Position numbers and translations under genes: made by a program. DNA of 63,255 nucleotides, the filler included, from Chiloscyllium plagiosum (taxonomy: Eukaryota), in NCBI RefSeq assembly GCF_004010195.1. It is 6 parts of one record of this genome, joined end to end, with 100 filler letters (N's around TTAATTAATTAA, not from the genome) between each part and the next. Parts side by side here need not be neighbours in the genome. Positions count along the whole stretch, not along the records: positions 50,092 to 56,298 come from NC_057717.1; positions 56,399 to 59,542 come from NC_057717.1; positions 59,643 to 63,255 come from NC_057717.1; 3 more parts are not named here. One strand, written 5' to 3'. A model generated the notes under the pieces. The model searched no databases, had not been told where the DNA came from, and saw only the letters and a program-made list of their open reading frames with translations. Within the stretch, counting starts at the first letter, position 1, and each line of letters opens with the position of its first letter. This document shows, in pieces, positions 51,560 to 63,255 of this stretch.

Positions 51560-53200
51560 GTGAGCTTGAAGAATGCAATGATAGTAATATTCATTAAGAT
51601 GGAGATGGACAGAGTTGATTCTGAGTCGAGGCAATAAAATCCGAATACAGGAAATCACGGTGGTACAAGGAGGAGAAGGTTACAATAAATTGGGGAACAT
51701 AACTTAACTGCAGGACAAACATCTATGATCCCTTGGAGGAATTGCAGCAGTTCGTCTTTCCCAGCTGTAACAAAATATGACAGGAAAGGCGACTCTACTA
51801 TGTCAAAGAAGGGAGATTAGGGATTGTACTTGATCCAAGGGAGAGGCGTAGAAAGTGTCTAAAAAGAACAAAATATCTAAAAACTGAGTGAAGTTCAGAT
51901 TTCAGCACGATTACGGGAGTGATTAAGAGAGAAAATAACGTATATAAGTAAGCCAGTGAAATACAAGTTAATTATAGATTCTCCTGACATTAGATGAAGA
52001 CAAAAAATATAAGATTAATGGAAACAAATCCCTTACAATCAGAAACAGGGGAAGTTATAATGTGGGTTCAAGTCATGGCAGATCAATTAACTATATGCTG
52101 TATTTTGCCTCTGTCATCACAAATAATGTCAAATAATATCCCTAATTTGCTGTGGAGCACATTAGAGGGAGAACTGAAACAAAACATCAGTATTTGTTGG
52201 GGAATGGTGTTGGGGAAGTTTATAGGATTAAAAGCAAAGATATCACAGGAACGGTACTCTCCACTGAAGCATACTTAACAAAGTGGCCCAAGACTTAGTG
52301 GATCTAATATGAAACAAGGAGCCTGAACCTAAATAGAGTAATCTGAAGTTTCAAGATTCTGTAGAATCTGGAACAATTTCCAATGGATTGGAAGATAGCT
52401 GATGTAACTACACATATTTTTTTAAAAAAGGTAAGTATGAAACATGGAATGAAAGTGCAGTTAGCCTAAAACTGGAAACCAATCAACGGATTGGACAGTC
52501 AGTCAGCATGGATTTACTAAAGGGAAATGAGAAACTACTCATAGCGCCTGTGTACGCAAATTACTGAAAGTATGCATGCAGGAGCAGCAGGAGGTAAAGG
52601 ATGCAAATGGCATGTTGACCTTTGTAGCAAGAGGATTTGAGTGCAGGAACAGGGATGTCATGTTGAAATTGTACAGTGTCTTGGTGAGGCCATACGTGGA
52701 GTGTTATTTGCACGTTTGACTTGTGGAGACTGCACAACAAATATTTAACAAAGCGATTCTTCAGATGGTAGGACTGAACTTTGGGAACAATTCGAATTGG
52801 TTCGACTGAAATCCACTGATCTTTAGAAGAAAGAAGTAGGACGTCACAGCAACTAATGTAATTCTAACATGATTAGCATGTTAAATATAGGAAGGATTCC
52901 CTCATGACCACGGAGTCCAGACCCAGAGTAATGGGGTTCACAGCTTTAAGATATCGGGCAGGCCATTTAGTACTCTCAGGCGGGTGATCCTGTGGAATGT
53001 TCTGCCACAGGATGGTGTATAAGTCAAACCACGGAATGTTTCCATGAAGAAAATATATTTCTGTTTTCTAAATGGATCAAACACTACGGGTCCACAGTAA
53101 TAACAGTCTACTGAATGCAATGACCAGACTTGATTACAGTGAACATTGCAGCAGGATCAACACAACAACAATCTCCTCCTGTTTCAATTTTCTATGTTTA
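51560..53200 (+). mobile_element. Fragmented old CR1 LINE
   Basis: PLQSETGEVIM, PMDWKIADVT, agtcagcatggatttactaaaggg, LYSVLVRPYVE, and a 3' end. Confidence 0.75.
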
Positions 53201-53969
53201 TATCCCTTTAAAGGTGATAGGTAAAAAATAGTTGACACATATATCAGCACAGATATCAGATATCATTGGATGAAAATCCCATAACTCCTTAATGAATGGC
53301 AATCTGTGATAAGCTTCACCACACGGACTGCATCACTTCATGATGGGACAAGAAAATGCAGAATCATTTTCAAGGCTTTTGGACTGACTGCTCTGTCTCT
53401 TGTTTTCGATTCAGTTCTCGAACTGTTGAATATTCTTAGAAATAAACGGAGTAAGTCGGAAATAAGTAAATATCTTTGAAAATGTTGTAAGGCAAAGGTG
53501 GTTGGGATAGGATGGAGCAAGTGTGTGAAGAGGAGCAATGAGAAAAACAATGAGCTGAGGTTTGCAGTGTGTTGGTGTGTGAAGAACAAAATCAATTTCC
53601 AAACCCAACACCCCATCTTTCTCAGCCCTATTCCTGCTCCATTCTCTCAGCTTGTTTCATACTGACAGCCAACTCAGATGTACATAAATTGGCGGAGAGA
53701 CTTTTCCAACAATCCCAGTCATTGACTTTCAATATGGCGAACAGAGATTGCAGAAACCAGGCTCAATTTCAGCATGGCACAGAAATAAGTAATTCAGCCA
53801 ATTTTATCATTGCCAATTTTCTGCACAGGAGTGCAGACTCTTCAAATAATCTGTTTCATTGCAGGCAGGCTCAGATAGAGCTATGCAGTTATGTAACATT
53901 GAAAGAGACCTTTACACCCAACTAGTCTATGCCAACCAGAATCGAAAATTGAACAAGTCCCATCTGTTC

Positions 53970-54281
53970 AAAGTTTGTGCGAAGATTTGTAGCTCGGGTG
54001 CTCGTTGCTGTGGTTCTGTTCGCCGAGCTGGAAGTTTTTGTTGCAAACGTTTCGTCCCCTGGCTAGGCGACATCATCAGTGCTGGGTACCCAATATACCA
54101 ACCACGACAGCGGACAGCTGAAACTGACAACCGGAAGCAGCAGGGACAGACCACTATAAACACCGGAGGAAACATCAAAGAAGCGCTTCGCAGGAGGCTC
54201 CCAAGCACTGATGATGTCGCCCAGCCAGGGGACGAAACGTTTGCAACAAAAACTTCCAGCACGGCGAACAGAACCACAACA
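53970..54281. mobile_element. Young short Penelope-like insertion with inverted termini
   Basis: 54005-54085 is the reverse complement of 54200-54281, and each carries a hammerhead-like core. Confidence 0.9.
54205..54244 (+). ncRNA. Minimal type I hammerhead ribozyme motif
   Basis: gca-CTGATGA-t-gtcgcc(cagcca)ggggac-GAAAC-GTT-tgc, with a palindromic AAACGTTT stem III. Confidence 0.65.
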
Positions 54282-56398
54282 TTAATATTCTTTCTCTGAA
54301 TGATAGTGCTAGATACTGAGTAATTGTTTGAAGGAGTTTCAGAAATTCTCATTTGGTGCTTTATTTTGCTCATAAGATCGAGTCGAACCTTAAACCAAAT
54401 TCTGCGTCTCTGTTCGCCTCATCAACAAGGGCACTGGGAAAAAATACTTTTAACACACGAACTGATCGAAGCGTTCACAGCACAGGCAACGATGTACATC
54501 AGATATTGTTCGATATAAAATACCAATGTCATCAGTTCAAATATTTCAAATTTCAGTTTATGCAAATGAGTGATTTTAATACAGATTTGGATTGACATTG
54601 ACCTTGAAAAATTATTTCTATTGGTCCCATAAATCCTAGCTCTGGAAAATAGTGGAGGAAAGCCCATGATGGGAGATGTTTTTCAGAGAAGATCCTCTGG
54701 GAGAAGAAATTATCAAATAGCTCCAAGTCATGTTTGGATCTCAAACATACATTGCCAGCGAACAGACATTATTCATATGACATTGTTTATTAAATGCAAT
54801 GGATGGTTGACAAAAGGAAATAAAAACAAGTCTACCAAGATGATTACAGATTAACCCTGGAAAGTAAATAGCTTTAACATTCACTGAATGGCATGAAATA
54901 TCTTTTCTGGAAGTAAGGATTACTGGACTTATGAGGTGAATACTGGAATTCACATATCCATTTAAAAAAAACACACTCTCACACATTTAGTGAGAAAAAT
55001 CTGATGTAAGAACAAATCTGTATAGAAACCTGTATTTAAAAAATGTTCCTTTGTATTGCTACAGCACATTTCGCAGTCTTGTTAAAAATGTCAAGTATAT
55101 TTTACAGCTAGAGTAATGTAAAGGTTACAATGAGACGAGTTATTATTTACACACTATTTCAGATAAACCTCAACTTGTGGAGTTTGACACAACATGTAGA
55201 TGTACACTGGGAATTAATTACTGCGGTTTTCAAAGTGGTTGTGCCTATGGATGTTTTATAACACCCTAACATGGATGAAAATGATAATGAGAATGCTTAC
55301 TAAATCACCATGGTCATCTCAAGACAGCATCTGTTACACAACAACAAATAGAGATCTTCCCATGGAATTTAAGCATCAACTAACCATTACTCCTAACTTC
55401 TCACCTTTTCTAATTTTAAGTAATTGACAGAAGAAAGTGAATACAAGTCTGCTGGGAATACTGTCTGATACTATAAGGTACAAATTATGTGCAAAACCAT
55501 CAATATTCACTGAGCCAAATATAATACTTTTTTCTGAATGAAAGAAAGAGCAGATCTGCTAAATTGACAATGAAGATTGTTACCTAATCATCCACAATTA
55601 TGACCTTTGATCTTTTACCAAGATTTCTTAATTCAAATTATATGCAATCAGACTAAACAAAATCAAGAAGGCAACTGCATTTGAATATAAGTGAAAATGC
55701 AAAATAAGCCTAAGATTTGGGATGGGAAAGAATGGCTGATGTGTAACAATGATAAATTTTGCCTGAAGTAAAATGCCTACTAATTAAGACTCAATGTTCA
55801 ATTTCCTACTTTTTTTATAAATACACAACTGGTGTATTGATCACTTATTTGGAGTCTCCTGAATATGGCCTTGCAACGAAGTTTTCCAGAAGCTATTGTC
55901 CTTATGTACCCCCAATATTGATGCAGGATGTGTATGCATAGTTCTTAAACAAAGGTATGCTGCCATCTTGTTAGAAAAGGAAATAAGGTGTGAACTACGT
56001 TTTAAGAAATGCATAAAGCCAGTTTAAGTCCTCTTACTTCAAGACTGCTTTGTCTGAGAAACATTGCGCCAACATGGACAAAGCAGCTACTTGATTGATA
56101 TCACTCCTTCAAACACTGCAGAATTCACTAAAGATTCTTAGACAGTACTTTTCAAAACCATGGCCACTTCCATCTTGGCCATCAGATACATGGGAACACC
56201 ACCACCTGCAATTCCCCTCCAAGTCATTCACTACCTTAACTTGGAAGTATATTCACTATCATGTTCATTCACTATCCCTGGGTAAAAATCCTGGAATTNN
56301 NNNNNNNNNNNNNNNNNNNNNNNNNNNNNNNNNNNNNNNNNNTTAATTAATTAANNNNNNNNNNNNNNNNNNNNNNNNNNNNNNNNNNNNNNNNNNNN

Positions 56399-58520
56399 AA
56401 GGGGGCATAGCTTTAAATTAAGTGGGGGGTAGATATAGGACTGAAGTTAGGTGTAGGTTCTTCACTCAGCGAGTCGTAGGTTCATGGAATGCCCTGCCAG
56501 TAGCAGTGGTGTACTCTCCCTCTTTATGGGCATTTAAGCGGGCATTGGATAGGTATATGGAGGATAGTGGGTTAGTATAGGTTAGGTGGGCTTGGATCGG
56601 CACAACATCGAGGGCCAAAGGGCCTGTACTGCGCTGTATCCTTCTATGTTCTATGTTCTAAATATGGACGAGGGATGGTGGGTGTCATTAGTACATTTGT
56701 GTTTGATACGAAGATTGGCCGGGTGGTTGGCAGTGAGGAGGAAGGCCTTATGTTTCATGAAGATACAGATGGAACGGTCAGAGGGGTGGATCAATGTCAG
56801 ATGGGATTTCACCCTGATAAATATGAGGTGATGAACTTTGCAAGAAGAAACCAGACAGAGGAGGACTCAATGAATGACAGCACACTAGGAAGCTCAGAGG
56901 GTGCTTCTCCACACATCCCTGAATGTGACTGGACAGGTTATTGCACAATTTGGGAAAGCAAAGGGGAACGTAAACACAGCCTTTATACATTGGAACATAG
57001 ATTAAGAGAAATTAAGAGAAAATGGTGCAGCTTTTTTTACAGTCTGATACCAGACAATTGAGACAGAGAAATAGCAGAACTATGGAGCAAATACTTCAGT
57101 TATGCCTTCACAGAAGAAAAAAATCTATAACACTTCCTAGAAATACTAGGAAATGTAGTCTGGTGAAAAAAGGGAATAGCAACTAAAATAGTATCTGCAC
57201 AGTTTTAGAGAAAAATATTGGACTGAAATTAATGGGCAGAGACAAAGTCAACAGAGATTTATGAAATGGGAATCATCTTTGAGAAAGTGGCTTTAAGCAA
57301 AATTAGGGAGATGGTATCAATGCAATACGATTGGAATCTCAGAAAGATTTTTGATAAAGCCCCAAGCCTTTTGTGCAAATTCGAATCCCGTGGGACTGCG
57401 GGAAACATATGGTTATGATTTGAGAATGGAAGAGCTGGCAGAAAACAGTGAGTAAGATTAAAACCATGTTTTTTTTTTAATGTAAGGCTTAGAAGATATA
57501 ACAAGGTTCGAGATTTGGCATCCAGCTATTTCCAATACACATCATATCTTTGGTTGAAGGGCTCAAAAGCAATATTCCCAAGTCTGCTAACAGTACTAAA
57601 CAATGTCAGCTTGTGAGTGGATGAGGAGGATGCAACAAAGCTTCAAGGTGATTTAGACAAGTGGAGAGACTGGGCAAAGACGTGGTAGATGGAGAGCAAT
57701 AGGAGAGATGAGATGTTGTGTACTTTGATAGGAACAGTAGAATGGCAGCCTATCATTTGAAAAGCTCTAAATGAACTTAAGCTGCATTTTTGTTTTATTT
57801 CTGTGCAACCCTCCGAGTCCATGTAGGGCAGTGAGTTCTAAAGCCAGAAGTCAATACTGGGAATGGCATTGGCACGCTGACCAGTGTATATAGACCCAGA
57901 AAGTCGGGAGCTGTAACATTGAAAATAATCTGCATCTCCCTGTACACCAGTCACTAAAAGCAATATTGCAGGAGCAGAAAGCAGGTAGTGTTTTATTTTG
58001 TGCAACCCTCCGAGTCCATGTAGGGCAGTGAGTTCTAAAGCCAGAAGTCAATACAGGGAATGGCATTGGCACGCTGACCAGTGTATATAGACCCAGAAAG
58101 TCGGGAGCTGTAACATTGAAAATAATCTGCATCTCCCTGTACACCAGTCACTAAAAGCAATATTGCAGGAGCAGAAAGCAGGTAGGTGATAAATGGTGTA
58201 TTCACCTTCATTTCAGGGGAATTGAATACAGGAGTAAGGGTAATATACTGAAGCTGTACAGGGCCATAGTGGGACCCCATCCCAAACATTGTGCAGAATT
58301 GTGTGCAGTTTTGGTCTCCTTGCCTTGTAAAGGACAAACCTGACATTGAGGGAGAGCAGTGAAGGATGACCACACTGATCTCTGGGATGACAGTCTTGTT
58401 TTGGGAGCAGAGTTTGGAGTGACTGGGCCTGGATTTCATGGGTTAGGAAAATGAGTGGAGATCTCATTGACATTTATCAAACTCTGACAGTGTGAGACAG
58501 ATTGGAAGCAAGGATGATAG
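56399..58520 (+). mobile_element. Cluster of CR1 fragments (young 3' end 56399-56660, older RT pieces after)
   Basis: RGHSFKL...RFFTQRVVGSWNALP with a (ttctatg) tail; KIGRVVGSEE; CVQFWSP. Confidence 0.8.
57791..58185 (+). repeat. Near-perfect ~198-bp tandem duplication
   Basis: 57791-57988 versus 57989-58185, with very few differences. Confidence 0.95.
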
Positions 58521-58959
58521 TTCACTTAATAGAAAACGGTTCACGAATCGCATTGCAGTCAAATCGTACTTAATAAACAAGTGTTATCAGAGAACTGCCG
58601 AGATATTGAATAAAGGAGAAAACTTGATGGGCCGAAAGCACTAGATCAGTTCTCGTTTTATATTTCACAATGTTTCAACATATTTTGGGATATGAACGAT
58701 GTATGAGGAAAACTGCATTGAGGAGATATTCGGTCATGAACGTGCATGCGGAAAGCTTAATGTATTGAATGACCTCCTCCTTTCCCGATGTTTGTGTGCA
58801 GTCTGTGGGAAAGCTGTGTAAATATTGTCACAAGCTCTGAGGTGTTAGGAAGGAGGCTTCTGCAGGGTCGACAGGACTGTGTTTCCCATTCCCTTTTCTG
58901 ATAACGAGCCTGATGCCAGGTGTTCTGTCCGGTTTTATCCTTTCAGACCCCAGAGCAGT

Positions 58960-59262
58960 TTGATTCAATTGAGTGTCTTACTTGGCTGATTCAGAGACCA
59001 TTGAAGAGTTTATCACATGTCTGTGCGTCTGGAGTCACTTTTAGGCCAGACCAGGAAAGCACGGGGTATTCACTTCCTGAAAGTACATTGGGGAATGAGA
59101 TCGATGTTTACAATCAACATTGGACACAAGATCGCTGTTACTGACACCAGATTTTAGGGCTCGATATTTTATTAATTAATTCTAACTTCCACAAAACTGC
59201 CAGAGCATTATCCTGGTCTGGATTAGTAATCGAACGATATTTCTGCAATAGCACCATCTCCA
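58960..59262 (-). mobile_element. Old shark tRNA-derived SINE
   Basis: Minus strand ggagatggtgc...actaatccagaccaggataatgctctgg ... cctggtctggcctaaaagtgactccagacgcacag. Confidence 0.6.
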
Positions 59263-59665
59263 CATTGGGGACCTATCGGAAACCATACTGACCTGATTAT
59301 TTTGGTGCTAAATGACAGCTCTGTCAAAAAGAATTCCCACCAATTTGACTGTCGTGATGGTACTTCGACGTGGTAATTGGTCAGATTGTAATTATTCTCC
59401 TCTTCGGGGACTGGATATAGCTGAGTAATTTTCCGCATTGCCAGGGAGATGTCAGAGTTGGAGCTGGAATGAAACAGCTTCCCCAGGGACACGGCTCTTT
59501 ATGCAGCACAAGTCTTCAGTCTTATTGCAGGAATGAGGTCAGNNNNNNNNNNNNNNNNNNNNNNNNNNNNNNNNNNNNNNNNNNNNTTAATTAATTAANN
59601 NNNNNNNNNNNNNNNNNNNNNNNNNNNNNNNNNNNNNNNNNNCACGCTTCAGTCTCTCTGCCTTT

Positions 59666-59701
59666 ATTCCTGATGAAGGGCTTTTGCCCGAAACGTCGAT
59701 T
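59666..59701 (+). ncRNA. Minimal hammerhead ribozyme motif in a Penelope-like terminus
   Basis: attc-CTGATGA-a-gggc(tttt)gccc-GAAAC-GTC-gatt. Confidence 0.7.
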
Positions 59702-62451
59702 TTGCCTGTCCTCGGATGCTGCCTGAATTGCTGTGCTCTTCCAGCACCACTGATCCAGAATCTGGTTTCCAGCATCTGCAGTCATTAAGATTCCTCTGTG
59801 TCATACGTTTCTTCTACTTTCTCTCGATTTTAATAGTAATCTGTCTTTTGACTCTTCCGACCAAAGTGTATGACCTCCTAATCCGGACATGAAACTGCAC
59901 CTGAATAGTTTGTCCCCACTCACCCAATCTAACTATATGCCTATGCATATTGCCATGATCTTATCATAACATGCACTCCCACGAGTGTGTATAGTCGGCA
60001 AATTTGGACACATTTCACACTGCCACTTGCTGCATGCTATGAACAGAGAGATAATTGAACCCTTGAACATACCCAGTCTTGACAGGCCTGGGCTGTAAAT
60101 ACTTCTACATACTTGCTACCCACTGAATGTGAGAACATCCTCCTCATTTGTTTCTTAAGTGGGTAACGCCTTCACCTGAGATTGGGATCACTGGTCCTGC
60201 ACTATTCTGGATATAAACAAGAGCAGGACAAACTTTTAAAGTAAAACATAATCTCACTGGCGTTTCCAGTGCCAGTTCTGAGTTTTCCTTTTTGACCTTT
60301 GTTTGAACAAACAGCCCTGATTAGCACATTATTATTAACAATGACACATCTGCTTCACAGGTGTTTCAGTGCCTGTGATTAAAGTGGAGCTGAAAAGCGT
60401 GATAGAAATGCATCTTTATTACTCGACCATTGCCGTGTTATTAATCTCCCTGCTCATGAAAAGGGATTCTTCATATTCATTCTGTCTCTCAACAATACCG
60501 AGCATGTTTCCCTCACAGTTGATTTTAAATGTTTTCTTGTTGGAAGAGTTATCGCTGCAACGCCAGAAAACCCGCCGAAACAACTCGATATGTTCTCAGG
60601 TCTGCTCATTTCTTGACATGCAGGAAACTTGCGTTCTGAACAAGAAACGGACCTGACTCAAAACGGACCGGTTTCTCTCTCCACAGATGACAAAAAACGC
60701 ATAGGATATATGTCGGTTTCACTGAGTTTATTTGAAACAAGTCGTATTTTTCCATTAAACGTCTTCACTCCTCGTCCTCTGGTCAATTACCCTGGTCAGG
60801 GGCAGCAGTTCCTCCTAACCATTAATCCACCCATCCACAGCTCTTTCTCCCACATCATTATAAACATCCCCAAGAAATTTCCCATTAATCTTCTTTGCTC
60901 CAAACAAAACATTCCCAGGGTCGTGAATCTCTGTACATGGTGCAAAGCAGAGGATTGTGAAAAAGATTCTGGGAAAATGTTGCCAATTTTCAAGTGGGAA
61001 AACTGTCAACAAGCAAAGCAGAAATCCCAGACTCGAGCTTTCTGAATCTTTAGATATTCCTTGGGCCGCGGATTCAGTGGAAAGTGAAGGGTGAAATGGC
61101 CGACTGGACAGAGACAATTTAGAAATCTTTCCGTTCTTTCGGAGGCCGATACTTTGACTCTGATGTTCTCTGGACATGAAATGGTCTATGATAGTGAAGG
61201 ATTCTCGTTCCTGCACGTCAGGATGTCAAATCTAATCTCAGCTCCAGGGCAATCCGAAAACGCGGAAACAGATAGGACACAGAAAGCCTGGAAGTGAGAC
61301 AATACCGGTTGGAGGATAACTGATTCCGGTGTCATGGGTGCGTCTATAGAGGGTGGCATCAGACTATTCCCATGTCTTAACCGTGAAGTTCCCTGGATTT
61401 ACTTAGGAAAAAATGCTAATTAAGGATGATTGTCAATATGGGAGGAGCAGGCTGCAGCTTGCATTCGGGGGTCATTGAAGCCGTTGGCTCATCAGTCTCT
61501 GTGACGATGTTAGTCAGTGCGTTCGGCTCTTCACTGACAGGTTGCTGTTCTCCTACGACCCAGGAACAGAGCGACAACTGTTCTCACACCATCTGTTGTT
61601 TTTTGTCCGCACAGTTTTGGGTTTTTACCAAGGTCAGGAAAATGTTCCTCAGAAGGCTCAAAGGGAGAAGTTCCCCGTTTTAGGAGAGCTGTTTCCTGGT
61701 GACATGTATGCGTTTGCAAAGCATGAGATTAGACTATTCCTAATGTCCACAATGAATGCCCCAGGATTCATTTTGGAAACTTTAACTAACTGGGGACAAT
61801 TTTCATTCTGCGAAGGGCAGGCGAAAGCTTGAATTCACTGACAGTCTGCTTCAGGAGATCCTGCAAGGGGCCTGCTACAGGGGACTTCCAAGTCTCTATG
61901 GAGCAATTAGTCCTCTCGTTTGGCTGTTAACTGAGAGGGTGTACCCACGCATGGAGCGGCCGGTGTTCTTATCCATCCGACTCCTTTGCTGTGCACTTTC
62001 GGGTTTTTAATAGGGTCAGGGATATGCACCCAAACGGAAACCAAATCCAGTGAAGAACCACAAATGCGTTACTGTATTGTTGACTGTCTAGTTGTGGACA
62101 CTCGTAATCTAAAACAAAAACAGAAACTGCTCAAGGAACTCGGCAGGTTTGCCAGTACCTGTCGGAGAAAACAGAGTTTGGAGAAACTCCTGGAGAAGCT
62201 CCGAATCGTTGTCTCTATTTGTCTCTCCCCAGATGCTGCCAGATCTGTTTAGTTTCTCCTGCAATCTCTACCTTTCTTTTTAACTGAATGACCATTTCAA
62301 CCATCGAGATTGATTACACAGACCAAACATGTACTGACATTTAACCCTGTCGAAACTGTTGTGATTGAATTCAAACAAACCGATCAATGATTGCTTGTCC
62401 CATAGCTCCACAGGGAGGGAGAACTTGAAACCAGTTTAGTAGCACGCTTCT

Positions 62452-62533
62452 GCAGATGTTGCCATGTAGTTTAGGCGATGGGCGTTAAATGCAATGTGGA
62501 TTCCTCATTAAGTTAAGCATCTTGCTGACTGTG
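62452..62533 (+). tRNA. Highly degenerate tRNA-Ser pseudogene (paralog of 43132-43213; TTA at anticodon position)
   Basis: GCAGATGTTGCCATGTAGTTTAGGCGATGGGCGTTAAATGCAAT...CATCTTGCTGACTGTG. Confidence 0.55.
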
Positions 62534-62713
62534 ATTGAGAGCCGAGAGTGAACTTGAAGAGTGCTTGTTCTCTGCTTTCTTGTTTGAAATTCAATCGCAG
62601 GATAAGGTGAAATAAGTAAGACTCAGATAAGGAACGTTAAGAATCTGCAACTAACTGCCTGTCAGGATGGAAAAGGCAGAAAGCTCCAGAGCATGTAATA
62701 CCCATTTAGTTGT

Positions 62714-62900
62714 ACACTTCCATGACTGTATACATTTGCCCCTCTGAACCAATGGACGCCAAGTGAGATAAGAACAGTTCAGGGGATTGTGTTGGACTGG
62801 TGCAGACACTTCCATTACTGAAAAGGTTTGCCCCTCTGAACCAATTGACCCCAAGTGAGATAAGAACAGTTCAGGGGATTGTGTTGGACTGGTGCAGACT
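62714..62900 (+). repeat. ~93-bp tandem duplication
   Basis: tttgcccctctgaaccaat...gttggactggtgcagac occurs twice. Confidence 0.9.
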
Positions 62901-63255
62901 TAGTGGGCCAAAGGATATTATTGTGCTAGACACTTCCATGGCCAGCTTCGAGGAGGTCATTTTGTCAAGTAACAGGACATTCTTTGCAAAATGTCCCTCG
63001 CGAGGAAGGGATCGAAGCTACTTTCTCCTGATCTTTCTGTCAGTCACGGTATTCATTGGGACATTTCAATTGGTAATAACTGTTGCGTTGCATATTTGTG
63101 GACTCAGTCTATATGATAATGAAGACAACGAGAGCGTGATGTTTCATTACCCAGCAGAGAACAAGCCCGTGCAGCTTACATTCCCTGGCTCTGCTTTTGA
63201 AATAAATATTACTTTCTCGATGTGCCTGTGTTTATATCAAACAGCTCATTGACAT

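Larger units (their letters stand above)
60600..63255 (-). repeat. Inverted copy of 42500-44730 containing segment X copy 4 (60755-62060)
   Basis: The reverse complement is colinear with 42.5-44.7 kb, including flanks (tttatttcaaaagcagagcc, gtgactgacaga, gagagccgagagt). Confidence 0.85.

Noticed and set aside
60930..61130. Segment X as a TRIM B30.2/PRY-SPRY exon (NPRLELSE, AADSVE look-alikes)
   Set aside because: The motifs are out of order, there is no HYWEV or LDxxTA, and they are not conserved in the other three copies.
62714..62900. CRISPR-like repeat-spacer structure
   Set aside because: Only two ~93-bp tandem copies in vertebrate DNA, with no cas genes or spacers.

Overview
Repeat-dense vertebrate DNA, almost certainly from a shark. 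The HE1/V-SINEs with (TAATC)n tails, HER1/CR1 LINEs and Penelope-like elements point to an orectolobiform such as Chiloscyllium, but the species is an inference. I cannot support any intact multi-exon protein-coding gene, and most listed ORFs are transposon debris or antisense noise. 1-27 kb holds CR1, Rex1 and Penelope remnants, two decayed C2H2 zinc-finger genes and an ERV (LTR/PBS candidate, gag, protease, possible env) with nested insertions. It also holds a CpG-rich promoter with a probable first coding exon on the minus strand at about 18.6 kb. 28-63 kb is a decayed array of a duplicated multi-part unit: tRNA-Ser pseudogene, ~1 kb unidentified coding-like segment 'X', second tRNA-Ser pseudogene, CR1 fragment and coding-like segment 'Y'. 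Copies occur in both orientations, and a third zinc-finger pseudogene lies at about 39 kb. Three tRNA pseudogenes carry stop-codon-reading anticodons (one TCA, two TTA). Several Penelope-like termini retain minimal hammerhead ribozyme cores. Five 100-bp gaps contain an artificial TTAATTAATTAA linker, so adjacency across them is uncertain. Repeat boundaries are by-eye estimates, and no database search was run.
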